Below, piece by piece: positions 20,536-30,515 of a stretch of DNA of 64,000 bases. The notes under the pieces were generated by a model, which was not told the DNA's origin, did not search any database, and was given only the letters and a program-made list of their open reading frames with translations. Positions within the stretch are counted from its first letter, which is position 1. Each line of letters begins with the position of its first letter. The DNA is from an uncultured Sphingomonas sp. (GTDB lineage Bacteria; Pseudomonadota; Alphaproteobacteria; Sphingomonadales; Sphingomonadaceae), in assembly GCA_963422345.1 (NCBI GenBank), contig OY729425.1:2287156-2351155 (forward strand). The letters are read 5' to 3'. Made by a program: the position numbers and the translations under genes.

Positions 20536-20567
20536 GGGCGTCCGGAGCAATCCGGGCGCCCTTTTTC
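20536..20567 (+). terminator. Rho-independent terminator of ibpA
   Basis: GGGCGTCCGGA-GCAA-TCCGGGCGCCC followed by TTTTT. Confidence 0.85.
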
Positions 20568-20576
20568 TTCTTCTTT

Positions 20577-20603
20577 AATTCCTCCCCGTTCCGGGGAGGA
20601 ATT
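20577..20603. terminator. Perfect 12-bp hairpin between the convergent ibpA and pyrG
   Basis: AATTCCTCCCCG-TTC-CGGGGAGGAATT. Confidence 0.55.
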
Positions 20604-20660
20604 TTCGCCGCGATTCAATCAATCGCAATGCAGTGCATGGTTCGCCGCATGAACGCGACC

Positions 20661-20774
20661 ACCCTGCCCGCCCAAAACCGGCGATCAAGCTGGCACCGCA
20701 ATCCCTGCCACACGAGCAAAAAACATTCGAAATTCCCTGCCAAATTCCCTGCCGAACCCAATCGACAGGGAATT
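20661..20774. repeat. Cluster of direct and inverted (AAAT)TCCCTGCC motifs
   Basis: AATCCCTGCC at 20700; tandem AAATTCCCTGCC at 20730 and 20742; inverted ACAGGGAATT at 20765; partial ACCCTGCCC at 20661. Confidence 0.7.
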
Positions 20775-20795
20775 CTCACAGGCGCCCCGGTCGCT

Positions 20796-22433
20796 TCAGA
20801 CCAGCCGGCTCTGCCGTACCGCCGCCGCAATGAAGCTCGCGAACAGCGGGTGCGGCTCAAAGGGCTTGGACTTGAGCTCCGGGTGGAACTGCACGCCGAC
20901 AAACCATGGATGATCAGGGCGCTCGACGATTTCCGGCAACATCCCGTCGGGCGACATGCCGGAGAAAACAAGCCCGCCCTTCTCCAACGCTTCCTGATAG
21001 GCGGTGTTGACCTCGTAACGATGGCGGTGCCGCTCGGAGATGTGGGTGCCGCCATAGATCGACGAGACGACGCTGTTGCCGTCGAGCGTCGCGTCATAGG
21101 CGCCGAGGCGCATCGTGCCGCCCAGGTCACCACCGGCCTCGCGCGTCTGGATACCATCGGCACTCATCCATTCGGTGATCATGCCCACCACCGGTTCGCT
21201 GGTCGGGCCAAACTCGGTCGAGCTGGCATTGGTGACCCCGGCCAGATCGCGCGCGCCCTCGACGCACGCCATCTGCATCCCGAAACAGATACCGAAATAG
21301 GGAATTTCGCGCTCACGGGCAAAGCGCACACTGGCAATCTTGCCCTCGGCGCCACGCTCGCCGAATGCACCGGGCACAAGGATCGCATGACACGGCTCAA
21401 GCCGCGCGGCGATCTGCGCGTCGTCGTCGCTTTCGAACAGTTCCGCGTCGATCCAGTCGATATTGACCTTCACGCGATTGGCGATACCGCCATGGACCAG
21501 CGCCTCGTTGAGCGACTTGTAGGCGTCTTGCAGCCCGACATATTTGCCGACCACGCCGACCGTAACCTCGCCTTCGGGGTTGGTCAGCCGGTCGACAATC
21601 TCGACCCAGCGCGACAGGTCCGGCGCGAGGCCCGGCAGGATGCCGAACGCCTTCAGCACCTCGGCGTCAAGGCCCTCGCCATGATATTGCAGCGGCACAG
21701 CATAGATGCTCTTGGCATCGAGCGCGGGGATCACCGCTTCCTTCGGCACATTGCAGAACAAGGCGATCTTGGCGCGCTCGCCATCCGGCAAGGGTTGTTC
21801 ACAACGGCAGACCAGCACGTCCGGTTGCACACCAAGCGCAGCAAGCTCACGCACCGAATGCTGGGTCGGCTTGGTCTTCAGTTCGCCTGCCGCAGAGATA
21901 TAGGGCACCAGCGTAACGTGGATGCTGATCGAGTTTCCACGGCCAAGGTCATTCTTGAGCTGGCGGATCGCCTCGATAAAGGGCAGCGATTCGATATCGC
22001 CAACAGTCCCGCCGATCTCGCACAGCACAAAATCGAGATCCTCGGTCTCGGCCTGGGCGAATTCCTTGATCGCGTCAGTGACGTGCGGGATGACCTGCAC
22101 CGTCGCGCCGAGATAGTCGCCGCGCCGCTCGCGCTGGATGATCTGCTGATAGATACGACCAGAGGTGATGTTGTCCGACTGACGCGATGCCACGCCGGTA
22201 AACCGCTCATAATGGCCGAGATCGAGATCGGTTTCCGCCCCGTCATCAGTCACATAGACTTCACCGTGCTGATACGGGGACATCGTTCCCGGATCGACGT
22301 TCAGATAGGGATCGAACTTCCGGATACGCACGCGATAGCCACGCGCCTGCAACAGGGCCGCGAGGCTCGCTGCCATGAGACCTTTGCCGAGCGAGGAGAC
22401 CACGCCGCCGGTAATGAAGATAAACCGCGCCAT
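20796..22433 (-). CDS. pyrG: CTP synthase
   Basis: [51 protein letters not shown]. Confidence 0.98.
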   Translation of the reverse strand: MARFIFITGGVVSSLGKGLMAASLAALLQARGYRVRIRKFDPYLNVDPGTMSPYQHGEVYVTDDGAETDLDLGHYERFTGVASRQSDNITSGRIYQQIIQRERRGDYLGATVQVIPHVTDAIKEFAQAETEDLDFVLCEIGGTVGDIESLPFIEAIRQLKNDLGRGNSISIHVTLVPYISAAGELKTKPTQHSVRELAALGVQPDVLVCRCEQPLPDGERAKIALFCNVPKEAVIPALDAKSIYAVPLQYHGEGLDAEVLKAFGILPGLAPDLSRWVEIVDRLTNPEGEVTVGVVGKYVGLQDAYKSLNEALVHGGIANRVKVNIDWIDAELFESDDDAQIAARLEPCHAILVPGAFGERGAEGKIASVRFAREREIPYFGICFGMQMACVEGARDLAGVTNASSTEFGPTSEPVVGMITEWMSADGIQTREAGGDLGGTMRLGAYDATLDGNSVVSSIYGGTHISERHRHRYEVNTAYQEALEKGGLVFSGMSPDGMLPEIVERPDHPWFVGVQFHPELKSKPFEPHPLFASFIAAAVRQSRLV

Positions 22434-22535
22434 GGGAGGAAACGCCTAACGTGTCTTGGCGCCATGCGGCAAGCGCACGACTCCAATAAATTTGTGGGTA
22501 ACGTGAAATTGGTGCCGTGCGGCGACCGTCCCGGT

Positions 22536-22916
22536 CTATTTCTGGACCGGCAGGGTGCTGTTGCTGGCAGGCATCGTGGCGTTCGCCGCACCGGCTGCCA
22601 GGCCGCCGCTGTCCGGCGACAGAGGCTGCCCTGCGGTCGGCGCACTGCCAGCGACCGGCTTGAGCGCAAGCGTCGGGTCAATTTTCGTGCTGCCACCACG
22701 CGCCGCATAGACCGCCAGACCAATGCTCAGCAGCACGAACAGGGTCGCCAGGATGGTGGTCGCCCGGGTCAGGAAATCAGCCGCGCCGCGCGCCGACATC
22801 AGCCCGGACGGGCTTCCGCCCATGCCAAGGCCGCCCCCTTCAGAGCGCTGAAGCAGAATCACGACCACGAGGCCGAAGGCGACAATCCCGTGAACAACGA
22901 GCAGAAACTGGAACAT
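22536..22916 (-). CDS. secG: Preprotein translocase subunit SecG
   Basis: VILLQRSEGGGLG..RGAADFLTRATTILA; secG-pyrG adjacency. Confidence 0.9.
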   Translation of the reverse strand: MFQFLLVVHGIVAFGLVVVILLQRSEGGGLGMGGSPSGLMSARGAADFLTRATTILATLFVLLSIGLAVYAARGGSTKIDPTLALKPVAGSAPTAGQPLSPDSGGLAAGAANATMPASNSTLPVQK

Positions 22917-23000
22917 GGAAAATTGGTAATCCCGAACGGCGAAGGCGGGCACATAGGCGAGCTGCCGCTTTCGATCAACCGCGCTCGTCAAACTGCGCTG

Positions 23001-23358
23001 TTGGTTCGCCATCGCGAACGGCCAGGGACTGGTGATCTGTTGCCGCTGATCGGTCAGGTCTGCCAGGGCAAACCGGACCGGGCCAGATCGACAGATGGCG
23101 CGGCTTTGGCCGGCATATTGCAGCATCACCCCTTGCCGGGTCCACGGATTGGCCAATGTTCTCAACACCTCAGGGCCGGTCGCGACGCGCGCCTTGAACA
23201 GACTTGCCTCGCTGGGCTATCTGCGCCGCCAGCGAGACGAAACGGGCGACGATGGCGTTTTCGTGATACGTGCGACGGAAGGGGCAGATTTTCTTGCAGA
23301 ATTCGGACAATTCACCAGTGGCACCAGGCAACAAGCTGTCCGGCGTGTTGCCACGTAG
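23001..23358 (+). pseudogene. Frameshifted, eroded MarR-family winged-helix regulator
   Basis: Frame A LIGQVCQGKPD shifts near 23085 to frame B RQMA..VHGLANVLNTSGPVATRALNRLASLGYLRRQRD..EGADFL. The 5' boundary is approximate. Confidence 0.55.
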
Positions 23359-23665
23359 CAGCTTTTCGCTGCTCGGACGCTCTGTGACTCTCGATCCCCG
23401 CACCCATGCCGTCCGCCGTGACCTCGCCGATGTACGGCTCGCTGATTGCGTATTCGCGCCGCATTACGCGGCGCCACGGCTGATGACAGTAACATGCAGC
23501 ACCATGCTGCGCGCTGGCCCCGAGGCTGAAACCGAAGTTGTCGCCACGCTTGAAAAGGGCGATTCATTTGAAGTGCTCGAGCTGGCGGGTGGCAATGCCT
23601 GGGGCAAGGCACCGCGCCTTGACCTGGTCGGCTACCTCGACGCCGCCGCGCTGGAGCTGGCATGA
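23318..23665 (+). CDS. SH3b-domain protein resembling the N-terminus of alphaproteobacterial NlpC/P60 peptidases
   Basis: LDPRTHAVRRDLAD..FAPHYA..LEKGDSFEVLE..GNAWG..VGYL. Start uncertain. Confidence 0.65.
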   Translation: MAPGNKLSGVLPRSSFSLLGRSVTLDPRTHAVRRDLADVRLADCVFAPHYAAPRLMTVTCSTMLRAGPEAETEVVATLEKGDSFEVLELAGGNAWGKAPRLDLVGYLDAAALELA

Positions 23666-24591
23666 CGGTATCGGTCTTCATTGACGGCGGCGCTGGCACG
23701 ACCGGCCTGGAGATCCGTGACCGGCTCACCGGCCACGCCGATGTTGCGCTGATTGAATTGCCAGAGGCGAAGCGCAAGAACGAGGGCGCGCGCGCTGAGG
23801 CGCTGAATGGTGCCGACATTGTTGTCCTGTGCCTGCCAGATGACGCCGCTCGCGAAGCAGTCGCCTTGATTGACAATGATCACACGCGCGTGATCGACGC
23901 CTCGACCGCACATCGCACTGCCGATGGCTGGGCCTATGGCTTCGCCGAACTGGAACCCGGACAGCAGGCCGCTATTGCCGAGGCGAAGCGCGTGTCGAAT
24001 CCGGGCTGTTACCCAACTGGCTTTCTTGCGCTTGTCAGGCCGCTGATCCGTGCTGGCCTTGTCCCCGTCGACTGGACATTTTCGATCAATGCCATTTCGG
24101 GCTATTCCGGCGGCGGCAAGAATATGATCGCCGAGTTTGAGGCGGCAGCGGCCGCGCCTGCTGCAAGAACCTATGCACTTGGCCTGGCGCACAAGCATGT
24201 CCCCGAGATGCAGAAGCACGCCCGGCTCGAGCATCCGCCGATTTTCATGCCGTCGGTGGCCAATACCTATCGCGGGATGATCGTCGAAGTACCGTTGCCG
24301 TTGCAGCACTTTGTCCGCCGGCCGACATTGGCTGCCTGCGAGGCGGCGCTGCGCGATGCCTATAAGGATTCGCCAATCGTGCGGGTGGTTGAAGCCGAAA
24401 GCGATACCGTGGCAATCGAGAGTGATGCCATGACTGATCGCCTGACGTTGCGGGTTTGCGGCAATGCCGACACCGGCCAGGCAAGGCTGATCGCCACGCT
24501 CGACAATCTCGGCAAAGGCGCTGCAGGGGCAGCAGTACAAAATCTCAATATCATGGCAGGGTTTGATCCTGTGGCGGGATTGACCCTTTAG
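23662..24591 (+). CDS. argC: N-acetyl-gamma-glutamyl-phosphate reductase (type 2)
   Basis: FIDGGAGTTGLEI, IDASTAHR, SNPGCYPTG, DNLGKGAAGAAVQNLN. Confidence 0.95.
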   Translation: MTVSVFIDGGAGTTGLEIRDRLTGHADVALIELPEAKRKNEGARAEALNGADIVVLCLPDDAAREAVALIDNDHTRVIDASTAHRTADGWAYGFAELEPGQQAAIAEAKRVSNPGCYPTGFLALVRPLIRAGLVPVDWTFSINAISGYSGGGKNMIAEFEAAAAAPAARTYALGLAHKHVPEMQKHARLEHPPIFMPSVANTYRGMIVEVPLPLQHFVRRPTLAACEAALRDAYKDSPIVRVVEAESDTVAIESDAMTDRLTLRVCGNADTGQARLIATLDNLGKGAAGAAVQNLNIMAGFDPVAGLTL

Positions 24592-24679
24592 CGGCCAGCC
24601 TGACGACGTATTCACATGGCAGCACATTGCAGCCACTGTTAGGTGCCTGACGGCAATCACGATTGGGGTGGTTTGAACA

Positions 24680-26140
24680 ATGCGCAATCCGGTAGGCAAG
24701 CTGCTGCTGTTCGGCGCGACCGGCGACCTTGCGCAGCGCATGTTGCTTCCGTCGCTATACGGCCTCCATGCCGACGGATTGCTGCCGCCCGGGCTGACGA
24801 TCACCGGAACCGCGCGCTCTGCCAACACGGACGAGGCCTATCGCGCCTTTGCCCGAAAGGCGTTTGATCAGTTCCTTCCCGAAGATCGCAAGGACGCGCA
24901 GGCGGTCGAGACATTTCTGGCGCGAGTGCAATATCAGGCACTCGATGCAACCGACCTTGCCCATTATGATGCGTTGGCCGAGAAGGTTGGCGATGTCGCC
25001 GGAGGGCTGGCGATCTTCCTGTCCACGGCGCCATCACTGTTCGAGCCGGTAATCCGTGGCCTTGCATCAGCCGGGTTGGCAGGGCCGACCGTTCGCATCG
25101 GCCTTGAGAAGCCCCTGGGTTATGACCTCGCTTCGAGCCGCGAGATCAATGATACGGTCGCAACCGCCTTCCCCGAGGACCGCACGTTCCGCATCGACCA
25201 TTATCTCGGCAAGGAGACCGTTCAAAACATCCTTGCGCTGCGCTTTGGCAACTCGTTCTTCGAACCGGTGTGGAACGCGCAGGGCATCGACAATGTCCAG
25301 ATCACCATTGCCGAGACGGTCGGCCTGGAAGAACGCGCAGGCTATTACGATACTGCGGGCGCGCTGCGTGACATGGTGGCTAATCACATGCTCCAGTTGC
25401 TGGCCCTTGTCGCCATGGAGCCCCCTGCCCGTTTTGACGGTACGGCGATCCGTGATGAAAAGGCCAAGGTGTTCCGTTCCTTGCGGCACATCGCCCCCTC
25501 CGATGCGCCAAATGTCACGGTTACGGGGCAATATGCTGCCGGCGCCTCGCGCGGTGAAATCGTCAATTCCTATGTCGATGAACTGGGCAAGCCATCAAAC
25601 ACTGAAACCTTTGTCGCCGTAAAGGCACATGTTGATAACTGGCGCTGGCAGGGCGTGCCTTTCTATCTGCGGACCGGCAAGCGCATGACGACCCGGCGCA
25701 GCGAGATCGCCATCCAGTTCAAGGCCGTCCCGCACTCAATGTTTGCCAATCGCGGTGGCCTGCTTCAGCCCAACATGCTGATTATCCGGCTGCAACCGGA
25801 GGAGTATATCCAGTTGCTGGTAATGGCCAAGGAACCCGGCCTTGATCGTGACGGCGTGCGCCTGCGCGAAGTGCCGCTCAACCTGAGCCTCGATTCCGAG
25901 TTCGCCGGTACGCGTCGCCGCATCGCCTATGAGCGCTTGTTGCTGGATCTGATCGAGGGTGATCAGACCCTGTTCGTTCGTCGCGACGAGGTTGAGGCAC
26001 AATGGGAGTGGGTCGACGCGATCCGTGCTGGCTGGACGGCCAACGACATGAAGCCGAAAAGCTATGCCTCCGGCACCTGGGGACCATCGGCAGCCATTGC
26101 GCTGACTGAACGCGATGGTGTGACCTGGCAGGACGACTGA
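24680..26140 (+). CDS. zwf: Glucose-6-phosphate 1-dehydrogenase
   Basis: FGATGDLA, RIDHYLGKE, RDMVANH, PFYLRTGKR. Confidence 0.97.
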   Translation: MRNPVGKLLLFGATGDLAQRMLLPSLYGLHADGLLPPGLTITGTARSANTDEAYRAFARKAFDQFLPEDRKDAQAVETFLARVQYQALDATDLAHYDALAEKVGDVAGGLAIFLSTAPSLFEPVIRGLASAGLAGPTVRIGLEKPLGYDLASSREINDTVATAFPEDRTFRIDHYLGKETVQNILALRFGNSFFEPVWNAQGIDNVQITIAETVGLEERAGYYDTAGALRDMVANHMLQLLALVAMEPPARFDGTAIRDEKAKVFRSLRHIAPSDAPNVTVTGQYAAGASRGEIVNSYVDELGKPSNTETFVAVKAHVDNWRWQGVPFYLRTGKRMTTRRSEIAIQFKAVPHSMFANRGGLLQPNMLIIRLQPEEYIQLLVMAKEPGLDRDGVRLREVPLNLSLDSEFAGTRRRIAYERLLLDLIEGDQTLFVRRDEVEAQWEWVDAIRAGWTANDMKPKSYASGTWGPSAAIALTERDGVTWQDD

Positions 26141-26193
26141 GATTGCCCATGTCCGCGCGCGGGCAAGGCTCACGAAAAAAAGCGAGAAGATGA

Positions 26194-26901
26194 ATGAACG
26201 AAGAAATCGAATGGTGGGACTATGATGACGCCGAGGAGATGGCCGAGGCCGTCGCGGGCGACATCGCCTTTATCATCGAAAGCGCGATTGATGCGCGTGG
26301 TGGCTGTGTCATCGCCCTGTCGGGTGGCAGGACGCCGGTCCCGATCTATGCCAAGCTGGCGCAGGCCAAGCTCGACTGGAAGCGCGTCACCATTGTGCCG
26401 ACCGATGAACGGATTGTGCCGCTTGGCGATCCGCTGAGCAACGTCACGATGATCGCGAAGACTTTCCTGCCAAAAGGCGCGCGGGTCATGCCGATCGTCC
26501 CGACGGCAACAGCGGACTATAAGGCGGCAGGGCGCTCGGCTGATGCGTTGATGCAAGACCTGCATTGGCCACTGGACCTGTGTCTGCTCGGCGTTGGTGC
26601 CGATGGTCACACAGCCTCAATCTTTCCTGGCCCCGACTTTGACGAGGCACTGAGCGGACCGAACGAACGGCGCGCGCTTGGTGTCATGCCAGAGCCGATG
26701 CCGAATGACGCGCCGGTAGCGCGCGTGTCACTGTCGCGTGCAGCAATCGTCTCGGCACGCGCCTTGCTGATCGCAGTGACCGGTGACGCCAAGAAAAAGG
26801 TCATCGAGGCGGCGATCAAGCAAGGACCGTCCTCAGCCTATCCGATCGGTCGCGTCCTTGCCGATGCCGAACTGCCCGTCGATATTCACTGGGCACCGTA
26901 G
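26194..26901 (+). CDS. pgl: 6-phosphogluconolactonase
   Basis: ALSGGRTP, TDER, LGVGADGHTAS; follows zwf. Confidence 0.93.
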   Translation: MNEEIEWWDYDDAEEMAEAVAGDIAFIIESAIDARGGCVIALSGGRTPVPIYAKLAQAKLDWKRVTIVPTDERIVPLGDPLSNVTMIAKTFLPKGARVMPIVPTATADYKAAGRSADALMQDLHWPLDLCLLGVGADGHTASIFPGPDFDEALSGPNERRALGVMPEPMPNDAPVARVSLSRAAIVSARALLIAVTGDAKKKVIEAAIKQGPSSAYPIGRVLADAELPVDIHWAP

Positions 26902-26921
26902 GGATGTCGAACACACTCCTG

Positions 26922-27009
26922 CCCGTTCGTGCTGAGCCTGCCGAGGCATTGTTCTTTCTTCGTTTTGGCGAAAGGAAGAGCAGCCCTTCGACAAACTCAG
27001 GGCGAGCGG
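26922..27009. repeat. REP-like alphaproteobacterial palindromic element between pgl and edd
   Basis: CCGTTCGTGCTGAGCCTGCCGAGG ... CCTTCGACAAACTCAGGGCGAGCGG form inverted arms. Confidence 0.7.
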
Positions 27010-27025
27010 TTGTGGAGAAAGGCAC

Positions 27026-28843
27026 ATGAGTCTCCACCCCGACATCGCGGCAGTCACTGATCGGGTGATCGAGCGCTCACGGCCGACGCGCGAGGCATAT
27101 CTGGCATTGATCCGGCGCGAGCGCGACCAGCATGTCGCACGTCCGGCGCTGGGCTGCGCCAACCTCGCCCATGGCTATGCCGGGACCGAGGAAGATCGCG
27201 ACACGATGAAGACCGGCAAGGCGATGAACATCGGCATCGTCAGCGCCTATAACGACATGCTATCGGCGCACGCCGTCTATTATCGCTACCCGGAACAGAT
27301 GAAGGTCTGGGCACGCGAAGTGCGCGCAACAGCACAGGTCGCCGGGGGCGTACCCGCGATGTGCGACGGCGTGACGCAGGGTTATGCCGGCATGGAGCTG
27401 TCGCTGTTCAGCCGCGACACCATCGCCCTTTCAACCGCCGTGGCGCTGAGCCATGGCATGTTTGAGGGCGCGGCATTGCTCGGCATCTGCGACAAGATTG
27501 TACCGGGCCTGTTGATGGGCGCCTTGCGCTTTGGACATTTGCCGATGGTGCTCGTGCCGGGTGGTCCCATGCGGACCGGCACGCCCAACAAGGAAAAGGC
27601 CGCAGTCCGCGAAGCCTTTGCCGAGGGCAAGGTTGGACGCGACGCCCTGCTCGACGCCGAGATCGGCGCCTATCATTCCAAGGGCACCTGCACTTTTTTC
27701 GGCACGGCCAACTCCAATCAGATGATGATGGAGGTCATGGGGCTGCATATGCCCGGCGCCGCATTTGCCAATCCGGGGACAAAGCTGCGCCAGGAGCTGA
27801 GCCGGGCCGCCGTCCATCAGCTTGCCAGGATCGGGTGGGACGGCGAAGACTATCGCCCGATCGGCCTGTGCGTGGATGAGAAGGCAATCGTCAACGCGGC
27901 GATCGGCTTGCTGGCAACCGGCGGCTCAACCAACCATCTCATCCATCTGCCGGCAATTGCTGCCGCTGCCGGCATCCTGATCGACTGGGATGATGTGGAC
28001 CGGCTGTCACGCGCGGTTCCCCTTGTTGCGCGGGTCTATCCGAACGGCGCCGCAGATGTGAACGGCTTCGAGGATGCAGGCGGAATGCCCTATGTTATCC
28101 GCGAACTGCTTGGCGCCGGGTTGCTTCACCGCGACCTGCTGACGGTCGGCGGCGGTGACCTGACAGACTATGGCAAGCGTCCGATCATCATCGATGACGC
28201 GCTTTCCTGGGAAGATCCGGGCGAAAGCGGGGATGACTCGATCCTGCGTCCGGCGGCCACGCCTTTCGCACCTGAGGGTGGTTTTCGAATCCTGGCTGGT
28301 AATCTTGGCCGAAGTTGTATCAAGGTGTCTGCCGTAGATACTGACCGCTGGGTCATCGAGGCACCGGCGCGGGTCTTCCATGACCAGCTTGACGTGCAGG
28401 CCGCATTCAAAGCCGGGGAACTCGACCGGGACGTCATTGTCGTGGTTCGCTTCCAAGGGCCGCGCGCCAACGGGATGCCGGAACTGCACAAGCTTACTCC
28501 GCCGCTGGGCGTTCTTCAGAACCGGGGATTCCGCGTTGCACTGGTCACCGACGGGCGCATGTCGGGCGCGAGCGGCAAGGTGCCTTGCGCGATCCACGCC
28601 AGCCCCGAAGCCTTGGGCGGCGGACCTTTGGGCAGGGTCCGCGATGGTGACCTGATCCGGCTAGATGCCGTAACCGGCACGCTGGATGCGCTGGTCGATC
28701 CGGAGGAATGGGCTGCGCGCGCGCCGGTAACCGCACCACCTGCGGCGACGGGCATGGGGCGGGAATTGTTTGCGCTGTTTCGCGGCGCCGCAAGTGAAGC
28801 GGAAAAGGGTGGTTCGCCCCTTCTCGCGGCGATGGGATGGTGA
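27026..28843 (+). CDS. edd: Phosphogluconate dehydratase
   Basis: [49 protein letters not shown]. Confidence 0.97.
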   Translation: MSLHPDIAAVTDRVIERSRPTREAYLALIRRERDQHVARPALGCANLAHGYAGTEEDRDTMKTGKAMNIGIVSAYNDMLSAHAVYYRYPEQMKVWAREVRATAQVAGGVPAMCDGVTQGYAGMELSLFSRDTIALSTAVALSHGMFEGAALLGICDKIVPGLLMGALRFGHLPMVLVPGGPMRTGTPNKEKAAVREAFAEGKVGRDALLDAEIGAYHSKGTCTFFGTANSNQMMMEVMGLHMPGAAFANPGTKLRQELSRAAVHQLARIGWDGEDYRPIGLCVDEKAIVNAAIGLLATGGSTNHLIHLPAIAAAAGILIDWDDVDRLSRAVPLVARVYPNGAADVNGFEDAGGMPYVIRELLGAGLLHRDLLTVGGGDLTDYGKRPIIIDDALSWEDPGESGDDSILRPAATPFAPEGGFRILAGNLGRSCIKVSAVDTDRWVIEAPARVFHDQLDVQAAFKAGELDRDVIVVVRFQGPRANGMPELHKLTPPLGVLQNRGFRVALVTDGRMSGASGKVPCAIHASPEALGGGPLGRVRDGDLIRLDAVTGTLDALVDPEEWAARAPVTAPPAATGMGRELFALFRGAASEAEKGGSPLLAAMGW

Positions 28844-28845
28844 CC

Positions 28846-29814
28846 ATGGAACTCGTGGCTGTTGATATTGGAGGAACCCACGCCCGTTTCGCCATTGCCG
28901 AGGTTGCGCATGGCAACGTCATTTCACTGGGCGAGGCGGTTACGCTGAAGACCGCCGAACACGCATCGCTGCAAACCGCCTGGCAGGCATTTGGCGAACA
29001 ACTCGGCCGCCCGACACCCCGCGCCGCCGCAATCGCCGTTGCCTCGCCCATTGGTGGCGACGTGATCAAGCTGACCAACAACCCGTGGATCATTCGCCCC
29101 GCGCTCGTAAAGGAGCGCCTCGCCGTGGACGATTTTGTCCTGATCAACGACTTTGGCGCGATTGGTCATGCGGTAGCGCAGATGCCGGATGATGCGTTCC
29201 TGCATCTGTGCGGCCCCGACGTCCCCTTTGCGGCTGAAGGGGTGCTGACCGTTTGCGGCCCCGGCACTGGCCTTGGTGTGGCGCAGGTCTTGCGCACCGG
29301 GCACGGCTATCACGTGCTGGAAACCGAAGGCGGCCATGTCGATTTTGCGCCGCTCGACACACTTGAAGATGCGATGCTCAAACGCCTGCGCATGACCTTT
29401 AATCGCGTTTCTGCAGAGCGGATCGTTGCTGGTCCCGGGATCGTCGCGATCTATGAGACATTGGCTGAGATAGAAGGCCGCGCCGTTCAACGACTGGATG
29501 ACAAGGCAATCTGGTCACGGGCCTTTGACGGTGAGGACAGCCTGGCACTCGCGGCGCTTGACCGCTTCTGCCTGTGTCTTGGGGCCGTTGCAGGTGATCT
29601 GGCGCTCGTCCACGGTGCCAAGGGTGTGGTGATTGCCGGTGGCCTCGGCCTGCGGCTCAAGGACCATTTTGCCCGCTCCGGCTTTGGGGAGCGTTTTAAC
29701 GCCAAGGGTCGTTTCCAGTCGTTGATGGCAGGATTGCCCGTCAAGCTCATTACCCACCCCCAGCCGGGCCTCTACGGCGCAGCCGCCGCCTTCGCCCAGG
29801 AATTCAGCCAATGA
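28846..29814 (+). CDS. glk: Glucokinase
   Basis: [26 protein letters not shown]. The start may be 28837 or 28846. Confidence 0.95.
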   Translation: MELVAVDIGGTHARFAIAEVAHGNVISLGEAVTLKTAEHASLQTAWQAFGEQLGRPTPRAAAIAVASPIGGDVIKLTNNPWIIRPALVKERLAVDDFVLINDFGAIGHAVAQMPDDAFLHLCGPDVPFAAEGVLTVCGPGTGLGVAQVLRTGHGYHVLETEGGHVDFAPLDTLEDAMLKRLRMTFNRVSAERIVAGPGIVAIYETLAEIEGRAVQRLDDKAIWSRAFDGEDSLALAALDRFCLCLGAVAGDLALVHGAKGVVIAGGLGLRLKDHFARSGFGERFNAKGRFQSLMAGLPVKLITHPQPGLYGAAAAFAQEFSQ

Positions 29815-30416
29815 CCGATATTGTCGACATCATGCGTACCAGTGCCGTCATACCCGTGCTGGTGATTGACGACGCAGCGACGGCACGCCCCTTGGCCGAG
29901 GCACTTGTTGCTGGCGGCCTGCGCGTTCTTGAAGTGACGATGCGCACTGCGGCTGCGCTCGACGCGATCCGCGAGATGAAGGAGGTTCCCGGCGCCATTG
30001 TCGGTGCCGGAACAGTGGTCAACAGCAATCAGTTCCAGGATGTCATGGATGCCGGCGCCGAGTTCATTGTCTCTCCCGGTCTGACCGAAAGGCTTGCCGA
30101 CCCCATCATCGCCAGTGGCGTTCCCTTTTTGCCCGGGATCGCCAACGCCGGAGACATCATGCGTGGCCTTGATCTCGGCCTCACCCATTTCAAATTCTTC
30201 CCGGCAGAAGCCAATGGCGGACTGAAGGCCTTGAAGGCACTCGCCGCCCCCTTCTACCAATGCAATTTCTGCCCCACCGGCGGCATCACCGAAGCGAGCG
30301 CACCGGAGTGGCTGGCGTTTGCGCCAGTGCTGTGTGTTGGTGGCAGCTGGGTGACCGGCGGCCCAATGGCGGAGGTTGAAGCGAAGGCGCGTGCGGCGGC
30401 GGCGCTGCGTGGTTAG
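29811..30416 (+). CDS. eda: KDPG/KHG aldolase
   Basis: VIPVLVI, LEVTMRT, GAGTV, KFFPA, FCPTGG, VGGSW. Confidence 0.96.
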   Translation: MTDIVDIMRTSAVIPVLVIDDAATARPLAEALVAGGLRVLEVTMRTAAALDAIREMKEVPGAIVGAGTVVNSNQFQDVMDAGAEFIVSPGLTERLADPIIASGVPFLPGIANAGDIMRGLDLGLTHFKFFPAEANGGLKALKALAAPFYQCNFCPTGGITEASAPEWLAFAPVLCVGGSWVTGGPMAEVEAKARAAAALRG

Positions 30417-30515
30417 CAACGCCATCAACATCGAAGCCCTCTGATACATTTCCTTGCGCGGCGCTTTCGCTTGCCTAAAGAGAGGGAATTGCATCAGTTA
30501 CAGGCGGGGGCTTGA

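Noticed and set aside
20628-23387. 919-aa plus-strand ORF antisense to pyrG and secG
   Set aside because: It is in codon register with both genes (offsets 168 and 1908 are multiples of 3). GC-rich third positions suppress antisense stops, and it has no protein motifs. Only its last part coincides with the MarR remnant N-terminus.
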